A DNA stretch of 64,000 nucleotides from Spirochaetia bacterium (GTDB lineage: Bacteria; Spirochaetota; Spirochaetia; CAKZLE01). Each line of letters starts with the position of its first letter. Positions within the stretch are counted from its first letter, which is position 1. The notes under the pieces are model-generated. The model worked only from the letters and a program-made list of their open reading frames with translations. It was not told where the DNA came from and did no database searches. Shown piece after piece: positions 10,301 through 19,625 of the stretch. The translations under genes and the position numbers were made by a program. The DNA lies in assembly GCA_963677595.1 (NCBI GenBank), contig OY782041.1, positions 3,392,001 to 3,456,000 of the forward strand, given 5' to 3'.

Positions 10301-10521
10301 TGCTGGACCCCGAACGGGAGCATAGGGTGGAGATCGAGATCATCGGCAGCCTCAGGAATCTCCTCGGGCCGCTCCACCGGTCAGCGAATGTCTGCAGCAG
10401 GATCAGCTGGGAGGATTTCCATCCCCATGGCTCCCTTTATACCCCTGAATATGGGACAGAACCCGCGGGACTGCTGGGGGAAGTGTATCTCTATACCCTG
10501 AAACAGGAAAAGAATACCTGA
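7366..10521 (+). CDS. Large cytoplasmic glycoside hydrolase, GH106-like (alpha-L-rhamnosidase-type)
   Basis: PFWAWN, FIHSRDGL..YLS.EW, WIYDEDTWPSG.AGG, FFTDEP, PGID and SEMYGCTGW motifs. No signal peptide. Confidence 0.75.
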   Translation: MMETLKDVIERAAGTKYHAAPFWAWNDALDKQRLLEQLEGMREKHIGGVFIHSRDGLETEYLSKEWMDCTDAVIDHAGRTGMEVWIYDEDTWPSGSAGGAVSAADPAAFSAKGLTIEILPIDSPASYRSTVRSLHAEASILAIYRIERDPESSHLFSFEQLPSEDAGPADLPGELLAFRVETSGPSEWYNGSAPSDNLNPEAVRRFLDLTHEQYAKRFSDSFGTVVKGFFTDEPNVCDFFSSFTEGRPWLPWGGDLLRFFEQKRGYSMLLGLPLLFFEGSGMEKMRYDYWLSVTELFVSSYTRQLHDWCDERDLSLTGHMLYENDLGYGVRCSGAVMPHYRWMHAPGIDLLGDQREEYLTVKQCTSVANQFRREMVVSEMYGCTGWEFSFAGQKRLGDWQYIMGVTRRCQHLALYSITGCRKRDYPPAFNYQAPWWEHSHLLEDYFARLGACTRAGTVHREILMVHPVGTFWMKSGSSPDEDLSKVYMNMGWLDRHFTDLNREGDWYNRLTEELLRLQFDFDFGDELIMKESGSIEEGRLKVGFHSYSCIVVPPVETLMDSTVLLLQEFLDAGGHIAWMAPFPKMIDALETDELDCLIAHERVHQVESVSELASCLDTLIKRPVRILDRHGNDVKRILSMTREVESGRIITVTHTGDTEIDDVLLLISCRGRVTQLDLLTGDTSPVAVRSLNSDRMETKITFSAEETKVFFIAYDEEPEEVRALTPAYHHPHDSVSLVYGFPAVCQVELSGENGLTLDRCRIRVGDGPWEEEQPVWIAQKLLREQFGMQPVYYNGGPQRYLWIDDDTSYPVVLQFTFTSDEIPDGEVFAVVEKSQDMRITCNGDPCSLTDDWFIDRDFQKWKMPSLVAGENTLELSLDYTAATEFENIYIIGAFGVSPDRQITSLPTHLRRGDWTTQGLFHYPGSCTYRYTVPAVGKQDASRQLMLKLGEFSGTLAVIRIDGGEPIYALRERAIPVSGLLDPEREHRVEIEIIGSLRNLLGPLHRSANVCSRISWEDFHPHGSLYTPEYGTEPAGLLGEVYLYTLKQEKNT

Positions 10522-10624
10522 AATATTGTTCATGTTCGGCTGTAGGAAGAAGAATTTCCTTCATCTCAGCCCGATTCTGTCATATACTGATGCAAATTCA
10601 CACAGGGGACACAGGCATAGGTCA

Positions 10625-11713
10625 ATGGGAAGACGTACGAACATCCTTACTCAGAAGATAGAACGCGGGGAGATGGCGCTGGAGCTTCTTACGCTGAACC
10701 TCCACCGGATGATGATCGTGGCTCCCATCCTCTTCTTCATGGAGATCTTCGTCTACCTCGGTTCTGACAAGCTCATGGATACGGGGTACATCATCCTCCC
10801 GTTCCTCATCTCGAACCTGGTCACCGTGCCCCTGCTGTTCATCTCATGGAAGCGTATCGCATTGAACCGACTTGGCTTGTCGCAGTTCAGCCTCTGTCTC
10901 TACATAGCGACCTTCCTGGCTTTCGGGATCGCGCTCACGCTCCATACGGTCAAGTCCTTCGACCTGGTGCATGTCTATCTGATCTTTGCCATGGGAATCA
11001 GTCTCTTCATCTACCTCAATCCCCTGAGGCATGGGATCCTGCTTGGGATCTCCCTTGCTGTCTTCCTCTTCTTCCTGCCCAGGTTCCAGGACATACCTGC
11101 ACAGAATGCCGTCACTGGAAGCAATGCCGCGATTTCGATCTTCCTCTCCTGGCTCTTCGGCCGTGTCTCCCTCGCGCTGATGATCTCGAACTTCCGGGCG
11201 AAACGAGCCCTGGAGATCCAGAACCGTCGGCTCGTCAGGATGGTGAGGCATGACCAGATGACCGACCTACTCACCCATGAGGCCTCCTTCGAGACGCTCT
11301 CGAGCGAGATCGAGCAGGCCCTGGAGAATGAGAAGCCGTTAGCACTCTTCCTCTTCGACGTGGATGACTTCAAGCAGATCAATGAGGGGTTCGGCCACCT
11401 CTCCGGCGACAAGGTGCTCATAGAGGTGGCGAAGACCATCAAGCAGGTTGTGAGGCCTGCGGACCAGGCCGGCCGGTACGGCGGGGATGAGTTCCTCATC
11501 ATCATGCCGGCAACCACCCTCGGGGAGGCGAAGCCCCTCGTTACTGAGCTCTCCGATGCGATCCATCGCCTGGACCTGCTTCCCGGCAGGAAGGTCACCC
11601 TGAGCGGCGGGCTCGTCGAGCTGCGGGGTGAGTCAACGATCGAGTTGATCGACCATGCCGATAAGCTCCTCTTCCAGGCAAAAGCCCAGGGCAAGGACCA
11701 GTTCATCTGTTGA
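10625..11713 (+). CDS. Membrane-bound diguanylate cyclase
   Basis: About 6 TM helices, then DVDDFKQIN..GH..GD and RYGGDEF. Start uncertain. Confidence 0.88.
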   Translation: MGRRTNILTQKIERGEMALELLTLNLHRMMIVAPILFFMEIFVYLGSDKLMDTGYIILPFLISNLVTVPLLFISWKRIALNRLGLSQFSLCLYIATFLAFGIALTLHTVKSFDLVHVYLIFAMGISLFIYLNPLRHGILLGISLAVFLFFLPRFQDIPAQNAVTGSNAAISIFLSWLFGRVSLALMISNFRAKRALEIQNRRLVRMVRHDQMTDLLTHEASFETLSSEIEQALENEKPLALFLFDVDDFKQINEGFGHLSGDKVLIEVAKTIKQVVRPADQAGRYGGDEFLIIMPATTLGEAKPLVTELSDAIHRLDLLPGRKVTLSGGLVELRGESTIELIDHADKLLFQAKAQGKDQFIC

Positions 11714-11903
11714 GCAGGGCCTATCAGACGTTGCCTGGGATAGAGAGCGGTACCCGACCCCCTACACACAACTGCAGTCTTGGTATACTTGGGTATATCT
11801 TTATACGGATCACTCATTGCACAGGTCTCTATACCCGGAAATGGGAATTGTGTCTTTTTGACTCCTCTTATAGTGTACAACGTATCGATGAAACTCTTGT
11901 TAT

Positions 11904-11925
11904 TTAGTATCAAATATAGTACTAA
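11904..11925. promoter_or_regulatory. Inverted repeat upstream of hicA (candidate HicB operator)
   Basis: TTAGTA-N10-TACTAA in an AT-rich promoter region. Confidence 0.4.
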
Positions 11926-11930
11926 TACAG

Positions 11931-12203
11931 GTGGCGTCAGTGTCAAAGAGACGGAAAAGAATAGAGTCTGTCTTACGTAATAGGACGGATGTTGATTTTG
12001 CGACGTTAGACCGGATCCTCAAGGATTTCGGGTTTATCCCCAAGCAGCCAAAGCGGGGGAGTTCCCATTATACCTATAGGAATGCGGAAACTGCTGAGAA
12101 AATAACTGTCGCAAAACACAATTCGGTGAATCAGTCAACAGTTGATGCGATTATCAACATACTGGATCTTAAAGGATGGGTACTGCATGAAAACGGTAGA
12201 TGA
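11931..12203 (+). CDS. hicA: Type II TA toxin, HicA family
   Basis: ILKDFGF..RGSSHYTY..ITVAKH contains the HicA GSH-like motif. Overlaps hicB. GTG start at 11931 or 11940. Confidence 0.82.
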   Translation: MASVSKRRKRIESVLRNRTDVDFATLDRILKDFGFIPKQPKRGSSHYTYRNAETAEKITVAKHNSVNQSTVDAIINILDLKGWVLHENGR

Positions 12204-12642
12204 GTATTTGAGATTACCGTATACCTTTGAAACGATCAGACAGGAGGATGGTTCTGTTTTTATCGCGGTGAAGGAACTGAGTGGATGTATGTCGTGTGGA
12301 GGTTCCATAGAGGAAGCTTATGAGATGATCAAGGATGCAATGGAATCTTGGATATCTGTTACCCTTGAGAATCAGGATCCGATCCCGGAACCGGAAATTT
12401 GCTCCCCGAAAGAGTACAGCGGTAGGTTCGTAGTGCGTACCCCGCAACAGCTGCATAAGGAACTTGTCCTGAAAGCTGCCGAGAACGGGGTAAGCTTGAA
12501 CTCTTTTGTTGTATCGCTCCTGTCAAGACGCTGCGGAATCATCGATGCGAAGCATGAGATCATTCAGGAACTCTTAAGAGGGACTTGTTCTGGGAAGGAT
12601 GAGCAGACTGCGGCAAGCTTTGCTCACGTTCACGTTAACTGA
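12187..12642 (+). CDS. hicB: Type II TA antitoxin, HicB family with RHH domain
   Basis: YLRLPY..ELSGCMSCG.S.EEA (HicB) and YSGRFVVR.P..LH..L...A...GVSLN (RHH). Confidence 0.9.
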   Translation: MKTVDEYLRLPYTFETIRQEDGSVFIAVKELSGCMSCGGSIEEAYEMIKDAMESWISVTLENQDPIPEPEICSPKEYSGRFVVRTPQQLHKELVLKAAENGVSLNSFVVSLLSRRCGIIDAKHEIIQELLRGTCSGKDEQTAASFAHVHVN

Positions 12643-12737
12643 TCTATTCATACTACAGCTCATGCGGACTTAAAGTTCAGAGAAAGCTTCGGGGAATGCA
12701 GATTGAAATACCAAAGAAGTTCAGCTTTGGTACGTCC

Positions 12738-15359
12738 CTACAACCGCTCCCTGATCCCATCGGCATCCAGGTCGATTGCCTCTGCGGTAAGGGTGATCCC
12801 GTGTTCCTCCAGCATGGCTGTCTGCGCTTCTATGAAGCTTGCGAAATCCTGGGGCTCCCTCGAGAGGATCACGAAGGCACTGCGTGCGATGCGGAAGATG
12901 AACGAATCAGGGTAGGTTGCCTCCATGCGAGAGGCGAAACCTGCGAGCAGGGTCCTTCCGGTCTCCCAGCCAGCTGAAATGCTGTAGGCATCGAAGCCCT
13001 TCAACGCTATATGCATCCCGCAGCAGATCTGTGACCGCCACTCCTCTGTCTCTATGAAGACCGAGAGGAACGACTTGTTGTAGAGGTTTGTCGTGTTGTC
13101 CTTGAAGTGGTAGGCCATCCGCTCGAAATCAGAGCCGCTTACCGGCAGCTGGCTGACGGAGTTCTCCTCGGTGACATCCTTGAGGGCGGAGACGGCATAC
13201 CCAACGACCCTCGGGTCGAACTGTGTGCCGCTGCAGGCGGTAAGTTCCTCAAGTGCATTCTCGATCGTCCTGCGTTTCTTGTAGATCCTGTTAGTGGTCA
13301 TGGCATCGAAGGAGTCCGCGACTGCCATGATGCGGGAGAGCAGGGGGATTGCATCACCAGTAAGCCCCTTCGGGTAGCCGGTGCCGTCATACTTCTCATG
13401 GTGGTAGACCATGATGTCCCTCAGGCTCCTGAAGAACCCGATCTCCCCGAGGACCTCGGCCCCAGCTATGACGTGGTCCTTGATCAGCTGGTACTCCTTG
13501 GCAGTTAGTCTTCCCGGCTTCAGCAGTACCGAGTCAGGTGTCACGATCTTCCCGATGTCATGCAGCATGGATGCCTCATTGAGGTCCGAGAGCTGCTGTT
13601 CGTCGAGTCCCATCGCCCTCCCGATCTTCATGGCATACTCGGAGACCCGCCGGGTATGTCCTGCCGTGTAGTTGTCCCGCTTCTCGATGAGGTCCGCCAT
13701 GGCGAAGAGCATCTCTCGGTAACTCTCGAGTCGCTCCCGCTCGAGCTGCTCGTTCTCCTCCTTGCGCTTCAGCGAGAGGATCGACTTGGAGATCGTCTGC
13801 CCGAGCTCCTGGAAGAGAAGCCGCTCCTCTTCGAGGTCATGGGTTGTAGAGGTGAAGATCACCATGTAGCCGAAGACCGGGGCCCTGTCCGACTGCGAGA
13901 CGAGGGGCACGAAGACCAGCGCCTTGATATGATGGTCAGTCAGGAAGCTCTCGACATACTCGGCGCAGGGCCTGCTGCGGAGGTCGTTCTCCACCAGGAT
14001 ATGGCCGGTAGCCAGAGACTCCTGAACCTGGGGTGAGGTCTCTAGCTTCTTGTAGAACCGATCCAGGGCGGCAGTATCCATGTCTTGCTTGACGGCACTC
14101 GATACCAGCAGTTCGTTCAGCTTGCTGTCGAAGGTGTGGACATGGGCGAAATTGTAGAAGTCATGGAGCGTGATCCGCTCGCAGGTATCGGAAAGTAGGC
14201 TATCAATCTTATCGACGACGTTGAGATGCTCACTCACGCTGAAGACCGTTTCCAGCACATTCTTGATGTAAAGCTCCTTCTGCAGGGAAAACTGGATCTC
14301 TTTCGTGCGTTCCTGCACAGTATGCTCCAAGACTCTCTTCTGCTGCTCCAGCCACGTCTTTCGCCTGTGTATGAAGAAGAGCACAGCAAAGACCAGGGTG
14401 ACAGCCAGGAAGCTCAGCAGGGAGACAGTAACCATGCGAGACCTGATCACCGCAAGCTTTGGAAGGGGGCTGGCCACGAAGATGTAGGCGACTGAGTTCC
14501 CTATCACATTCTCGACAGGGATGAGGTTGATGATAGTCTCTTTCCCGTCCAGCTGTCTGGTAATGCTGAACGGCTCGATCTGGGCGAGTGCCTCACCCAA
14601 GCCGTCGGCGGCAAGCATCTCCAATACAGCTGGGTTGTCTGCGGTGAAGCCCTCGTTATTTAAGCCGTTATCAAGGGCAAACCCCTCACCGAAGGGGCTC
14701 TCGCTGTAGTTTCCCTTCTCCTCCTCGAAGACCTTCTCCCCGATCACTTCAGTGCTGAGCATGAAATAGTAGGAATCCCCGTAGATATGGTGGAGTGAGT
14801 CGAGCAAGGCTCCTTCCGAGACACTGATTTCCACCGTACCCAGGTGCCTGCCTTCATAGGGAATAGGATAGACGAAGCGGTAGCCGTTGAAGATGCGGCC
14901 CTCCTCGAAACCCTGAACCGGCTCCTCAAGTGTATTGGCAAGCATGACTGAGTAGCGGATATCGAAGAGCCGGTCGCCGTAGGTCCCAGGCCGGTGCATC
15001 CTCAGGAAGCTTGTCCCGTCGGGGAGGTGGAACTGTACCTGCCTGACTTCGGCGATCTCGACGAGATTTTGGTAGGCATACTCCATATGGTCATAGAGTT
15101 GTGCTCTCAGTCTGTCCAAGGTAGGTTGATCCACATACTTTATCTGCGACAGGATCTCAAGGACTTCAGGGACCAGGATCTCGTTGTGGAACGAGACATC
15201 ACTGTTCACCTTGAGGGTATAGATAATATTATCGATTCGATCGAGATGCTGCTCGTAGGCCTCTGCGATAAGATCCTGCCTCGAAGATGTATAGCTGTTG
15301 ACCGAGAAAAACACAGCTACAGCAAGAATGAGAATATAGAGACCGATAATCTTCTTCAT
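12738..15359 (-). CDS. Membrane sensor: Cache + GAF + HD-GYP phosphodiesterase + degenerate GGDEF tail
   Basis: TM-[FHLPDGTSFLRMH..FEEGR..GYRFVYPI]-TM, then HDIGK and HHEKYDGTGYP. The C-terminal DNTTNLYN..FRIARSAF segment is a GGDEF remnant. Confidence 0.85.
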   Translation of the reverse strand: MKKIIGLYILILAVAVFFSVNSYTSSRQDLIAEAYEQHLDRIDNIIYTLKVNSDVSFHNEILVPEVLEILSQIKYVDQPTLDRLRAQLYDHMEYAYQNLVEIAEVRQVQFHLPDGTSFLRMHRPGTYGDRLFDIRYSVMLANTLEEPVQGFEEGRIFNGYRFVYPIPYEGRHLGTVEISVSEGALLDSLHHIYGDSYYFMLSTEVIGEKVFEEEKGNYSESPFGEGFALDNGLNNEGFTADNPAVLEMLAADGLGEALAQIEPFSITRQLDGKETIINLIPVENVIGNSVAYIFVASPLPKLAVIRSRMVTVSLLSFLAVTLVFAVLFFIHRRKTWLEQQKRVLEHTVQERTKEIQFSLQKELYIKNVLETVFSVSEHLNVVDKIDSLLSDTCERITLHDFYNFAHVHTFDSKLNELLVSSAVKQDMDTAALDRFYKKLETSPQVQESLATGHILVENDLRSRPCAEYVESFLTDHHIKALVFVPLVSQSDRAPVFGYMVIFTSTTHDLEEERLLFQELGQTISKSILSLKRKEENEQLERERLESYREMLFAMADLIEKRDNYTAGHTRRVSEYAMKIGRAMGLDEQQLSDLNEASMLHDIGKIVTPDSVLLKPGRLTAKEYQLIKDHVIAGAEVLGEIGFFRSLRDIMVYHHEKYDGTGYPKGLTGDAIPLLSRIMAVADSFDAMTTNRIYKKRRTIENALEELTACSGTQFDPRVVGYAVSALKDVTEENSVSQLPVSGSDFERMAYHFKDNTTNLYNKSFLSVFIETEEWRSQICCGMHIALKGFDAYSISAGWETGRTLLAGFASRMEATYPDSFIFRIARSAFVILSREPQDFASFIEAQTAMLEEHGITLTAEAIDLDADGIRERL

Positions 15360-15524
15360 GTAAACCCTCAAGGATGAGAAAGATTGACTTATTATATCAT
15401 GGAAAACTGGGGAACAGTCGCTGAAATTGAATAGTCGTAACAGGCTGGCAAGACAAGGATGGTAGTATGCTGTTGAGTACCTGTCTGACTTGCTGCAGGA
15501 GGGATGAACTAGTAAAATGATTCC

Positions 15525-17069
15525 TTACATTAGCTGCTTCAGCAACCAGATAGGAGTGCAGCTCCAGGCATGGCAGTAGCTGTTGACCAGGAAGCTCCCA
15601 TAGGGGGAGAAATACAGGTCCTCAGGGCGGTATACCTCCCAGAAGGTATCGGCCCCGAGGCTTGCCATCCCGCCCCAGAACTCGCGAATGACCTCATGTG
15701 CCTGCTCCCTCAGCCCCGCCTTGATCAGGGCCTCGACGTAGTAGTGCATGAGGTAGGGGGTGGTGATCGAGAGACAGGTAGTAGACAGATCCCTGGAAAG
15801 GATCTCCCGTGCCCGATCGGTGTCTGCCACCCCTGATAACACCATCCATATCTGAGATGCATAGGAAGCCTGTCTCTGAGTTCCGCTCAGGTAGAGACCG
15901 AGTAGGGGATCGTAAGACTGGTCTGCCCGATTGCGGGATCTTCCGATCAGTCCCTCCAGTTCCTCTGCAGTCTCCGTATCACCAAGGATCCCTGCCATCC
16001 GTATCCCTGCCTCCATGCAGTAGATGAGGATGCCAAGAGCCGGGAGACGCTTGTCGAGGTCGGGGTGCCAGTCGATGAAGGCCCACCAGCTCTCATCATC
16101 TGGTATGGATCCGAGCTGCTTCCTGCCGAGCTTTATCTGCCGTAATGCGACGGGGTAGAGCTCCTCGAGCGTCTCCCGGTCCCCGCTAGCCTCATAGTAC
16201 TCCAGCAGGGTCGGGACGAAGAGCAGGTAGTAGTCGAAGAGGTAGATGGTGTCAGGCCGTACGACCGGCTCAGTGAAGAGACAGGAGGCGATCCTCCCGT
16301 TGATATCTCTCGTACCTGCGAAGAGGTAGAGACACCGCTTGACGAGATCATGATTCCGGTAGCTCTCGTAGTTAGCCAGGGCCTGGAGCCGCAGGTCCCC
16401 CAGCCAGAGCCGTCGGTCCCGCTTGGGACCGTCCTCGAAGACGTCCTGCATGCAGTCACGCAGGGTCCTCCGGCTGATCTCGTCGATCGTGCCGAGTATG
16501 CCCGGATAGCGTGAAGCAGATATGTCCAGCTCTTTTGCTGAACTCTGCTGGATGCAGCTGACTTGTTCCAGGACGAGGCTGTTCTTCGTGGAGATCCCGA
16601 GGAGCTCAACCTTCAGGTACCTGAAGCTGAACCTCCGCTCAAGCTGCAGTACCGATGGGGTGGCATCCAGGAAGCGGGTCTCCTCCTGGAACCAGGTGTC
16701 GCTGAGCCAGCCATCATAGTCGTCGGTCGGGTAGAAGAGTTCTGAGGGCAGCTCGCCGAAGCTGAATCTCAGCTTCACCGGGGCATCCTGGGGGTTGTCT
16801 TCCACATCGAAGCTGAAGGCGGCCCTGCCGACCAGATGCTCCCCGAAGTCAAAGATGACCGAAGAGCCTTTCCCGGTGAACCTGAACGGCAGGAGGGCAG
16901 GAGTCGTACTGCCGACAGCAACCCCGTGCAGGGAATGCTCATCGGGTACGAGGGAGACGATACGCACCGGCTCCCTGGTCCTGGTCGTCATAGGGCATGT
17001 GGCTGCTTCCGCCTTCTTAAGAAACCTCTCCTCATATGCAGTCGGGGTATGGTCGGCCTGGGTACCCAT
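15525..17069 (-). CDS. Alpha-L-rhamnosidase, GH78-like
   Basis: DFGEH.VG, FRYL, EDGPKRDRRLWLGD, GADTFWE and SYCHAWS. TGATG overlap with the upstream gene. Confidence 0.88.
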   Translation of the reverse strand: MGTQADHTPTAYEERFLKKAEAATCPMTTRTREPVRIVSLVPDEHSLHGVAVGSTTPALLPFRFTGKGSSVIFDFGEHLVGRAAFSFDVEDNPQDAPVKLRFSFGELPSELFYPTDDYDGWLSDTWFQEETRFLDATPSVLQLERRFSFRYLKVELLGISTKNSLVLEQVSCIQQSSAKELDISASRYPGILGTIDEISRRTLRDCMQDVFEDGPKRDRRLWLGDLRLQALANYESYRNHDLVKRCLYLFAGTRDINGRIASCLFTEPVVRPDTIYLFDYYLLFVPTLLEYYEASGDRETLEELYPVALRQIKLGRKQLGSIPDDESWWAFIDWHPDLDKRLPALGILIYCMEAGIRMAGILGDTETAEELEGLIGRSRNRADQSYDPLLGLYLSGTQRQASYASQIWMVLSGVADTDRAREILSRDLSTTCLSITTPYLMHYYVEALIKAGLREQAHEVIREFWGGMASLGADTFWEVYRPEDLYFSPYGSFLVNSYCHAWSCTPIWLLKQLM

Positions 17070-18097
17070 CAGATCTCCTTCTTCCACCAGGGGGTAGGTC
17101 CGTCACTGACCTCCCACTCCTCTATCTTCCACTCATCCTCCCAGCTGACATAGGCCCGGTCTCCATCGAAGCGAACCGGGAGCCAGATGTACCCGGCTTC
17201 CCGGGTCTCCGCTTCCGGCTTCCCGTCGATGAGGGTGGTCTTTGCCATCCACCGGTCTCCTACCGCAATATAGAGCCCGTAGCGGGTTGGGTGGCGGAAG
17301 ACCGAGCAGAACTGGGTATCGAAGCTGGTCTGTTTCACGTCATCATAGCAGAACTCACCCTGAACCTCGTACGGTCCGTGGGTCAGGAGGGCAGAGGCGA
17401 CCTCGGTGGGGTTCGGGTTGTAGCCGGTAGTGCCTGATGAGATGATGTAGTAGCGGGTTCCCCGTTTGAAGAAGCAGGGAGCTTCCCGGGCAAGGGGCGG
17501 CTCATCATGGGGGAAGTGGCTCGAATAGTTCCCCGTCACGTCAAGGTAATCATCCGTAAGGTCGGCGATGACCACCTCGGTGTGGACCCGGTCGGCAATG
17601 AAGTAGCCCTTGCCGTCGCGAGGGTCGACCCAGAGATCGAAGTCCCCCGTCTCCATCCCCAGGGGACGGATCGTCTTCACCATAGTGAAAGGTTGCGTGA
17701 TGTCCTCCGATACGGCGATGCCCATGTACTGTGTCAGCCAGTCCCAGTGATCCTCATCGGTTCCGGCGAACTTGACCCACATGACGAACTGCTTCGTCCG
17801 CTCGTTGTAGATGATATGGGGCCGGTCCATGATCCGGTGCGGGTGCATGGGGTCATGTATATCATCGACGATCGGGAGGATCGTACCCTCGTCCTTCCAG
17901 TTATAGAGATCAGTCGAGGAGTAGAGCCGTACCCCGTCATGCCAGACCTTGCCCTTCGGGACGTAGGTCTCCTTATCCTCACCGTACCAGTAGTAGGTGC
18001 CTTCGTGGTAGAGGATCGAGCCTCCATGTGCCTGGATAAGCTTACCCTCGGTATCGTACCAGGGCTTGCCTGGACGTATGCTGTGCGTTGTGGACAT
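17069..18097 (-). CDS. Glycoside hydrolase GH43 (subfamily 24-like, exo-beta-galactanase type)
   Basis: PG..W.DT.G..IQAHGG..YYWYGE, REAP and SFDTQ. ATG 18097 has a GGAGG RBS. Confidence 0.82.
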   Translation of the reverse strand: MSTTHSIRPGKPWYDTEGKLIQAHGGSILYHEGTYYWYGEDKETYVPKGKVWHDGVRLYSSTDLYNWKDEGTILPIVDDIHDPMHPHRIMDRPHIIYNERTKQFVMWVKFAGTDEDHWDWLTQYMGIAVSEDITQPFTMVKTIRPLGMETGDFDLWVDPRDGKGYFIADRVHTEVVIADLTDDYLDVTGNYSSHFPHDEPPLAREAPCFFKRGTRYYIISSGTTGYNPNPTEVASALLTHGPYEVQGEFCYDDVKQTSFDTQFCSVFRHPTRYGLYIAVGDRWMAKTTLIDGKPEAETREAGYIWLPVRFDGDRAYVSWEDEWKIEEWEVSDGPTPWWKKEI

Positions 18098-18110
18098 ACT
18101 GCCTCCTGTT

Positions 18111-19625
18111 TTACGAATGTTTCTGTATCTTATACTCGCTCGGCGTACAGCCGTTCTGTGTCTTGAATACCCTGGTGAAGTAATATGGATCGTCATAGCC
18201 GGCAGCGGCTGCAACCTCCCGGATCTCGAGGTCCGGGTCCACTTCCAACAGCCACCGTGCATGCTTCATCCTGCATTCGGTGATGTACTCATTGGGTGAA
18301 GACCCTGTGACCTTCTTGAAGAGGATGCTCAGGTACGAAGCGCTGAACCCGAACTGGTCGGAGAGGGACGCGATCCTCAGCGGCTTGCTGAAGTTCCTCT
18401 CTATATAGTCCCGGACTGCCAAGACCTGGGCATCTGAGCCCTGCTCACCATGGGCAGCTGCCTGCTTCGAGAACATCACGACCAGGGAGGCGATCTCCTC
18501 TGATAACTGCTCATGGGTATGGGCGGAACAAAGCACCTGGTCGATGAGGGAACTGTGATCCCCGACAGTATGCCCGGTATCGATGATGGATAGGATCCCC
18601 CGGATAGTGAGCTCGATCTCCCGCTGGGTGGTCTGCTGGTGTCGATACCCTTCGAATAATGGCCTGATGATATCTATGCGTGACTGGCTGCCGGCAGTCC
18701 GGGGGAGGGCGGCGAGTTTGTCCAGAGGGTCATGCCCCTGGGCTGGCCCTGTGCCATCCTGGCCGTCTGTTTCATCGGCACAGATGAGCGACGAGCTGAG
18801 AAAGAGCGTCCTCCTGAAGAGTGCCTGCTCGATCGCCGTAAGTCCCTTCTGGAAGCCCAGTAACCCGGTCGGTACGGCACTGAAGCTGATGGTGCAGCTC
18901 ATACGCTCACCGAGATGGGCATTGATCGAGCGGAATGCCTGTCGATAGAGCCTGGAGATGTCGCCCTGTCCGGCTTCGATGATGAGGAGCAGCTCATTCG
19001 GCAGCGCTTCCCGGACTACCCAGGACTTGATCCCGTCCCGGACCAGGCTCTCGATGACCGTGGAGACTATGCCCAGGTGGTCCTCTGAAGGGACCCTGTC
19101 CGTCACATTCCTTCGCTGCAGTCGATAGGCTCCGAAGCAGAGTTTTGCGAGGAAGAACTTCCTGCCTAGAAGGTCCGTATGCTTCCGGAGTGCTGCAGGA
19201 TCGGTATACATCGCTTCTCGCATGATCCGCTCCAGGGCCTGGTCACGTGATGCGAGGATCCGCTCCTTCATTCGCGCAAGGAAGGAAGGGAACGACCTGG
19301 GGTCTATGGGTTTCACCAGGTATTCCGCTACCCCGAGCCTGATCGCCCGCTGGGCCTTCTCGAACTCGCTGTAGCCGCTCAGGATGACGGTGAGGGTATC
19401 AAGCCCCTCTTCCCTGATCAGCTTGATCATCTCCAGTCCGCTGCACACCGGCATCGAGATATCGGCGAAGAGGAGGTCTGGCCGCTCGTCGGTGACGAGC
19501 TTCCATCCCTGATCCCCGTTCGACGCTGTCCCGACGACCTTGAAGTCAGCATCAGCTGCCTCTATGCTCTTCTTCAACCCGCGAAGGATGACTGGTTCGT
19601 CATCGACGAGCACGACCCTGATCAT
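18111..19625 (-). CDS. Two-component response regulator, YesN-like (REC + AraC)
   Basis: LVDDE..DISMP..KP receiver domain and C-terminal AraC HTH (GYDDPYYFTRVFK). Confidence 0.92.
   Translation of the reverse strand: MIRVVLVDDEPVILRGLKKSIEAADADFKVVGTASNGDQGWKLVTDERPDLLFADISMPVCSGLEMIKLIREEGLDTLTVILSGYSEFEKAQRAIRLGVAEYLVKPIDPRSFPSFLARMKERILASRDQALERIMREAMYTDPAALRKHTDLLGRKFFLAKLCFGAYRLQRRNVTDRVPSEDHLGIVSTVIESLVRDGIKSWVVREALPNELLLIIEAGQGDISRLYRQAFRSINAHLGERMSCTISFSAVPTGLLGFQKGLTAIEQALFRRTLFLSSSLICADETDGQDGTGPAQGHDPLDKLAALPRTAGSQSRIDIIRPLFEGYRHQQTTQREIELTIRGILSIIDTGHTVGDHSSLIDQVLCSAHTHEQLSEEIASLVVMFSKQAAAHGEQGSDAQVLAVRDYIERNFSKPLRIASLSDQFGFSASYLSILFKKVTGSSPNEYITECRMKHARWLLEVDPDLEIREVAAAAGYDDPYYFTRVFKTQNGCTPSEYKIQKHS

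Noticed and set aside
11737-12759. Imperfect inverted similarity GGGAT..GAGCGGT flanking hicAB
   Set aside because: Short and gapped, and the right copy lies within the HD-GYP coding end. Insufficient for terminal inverted repeats.
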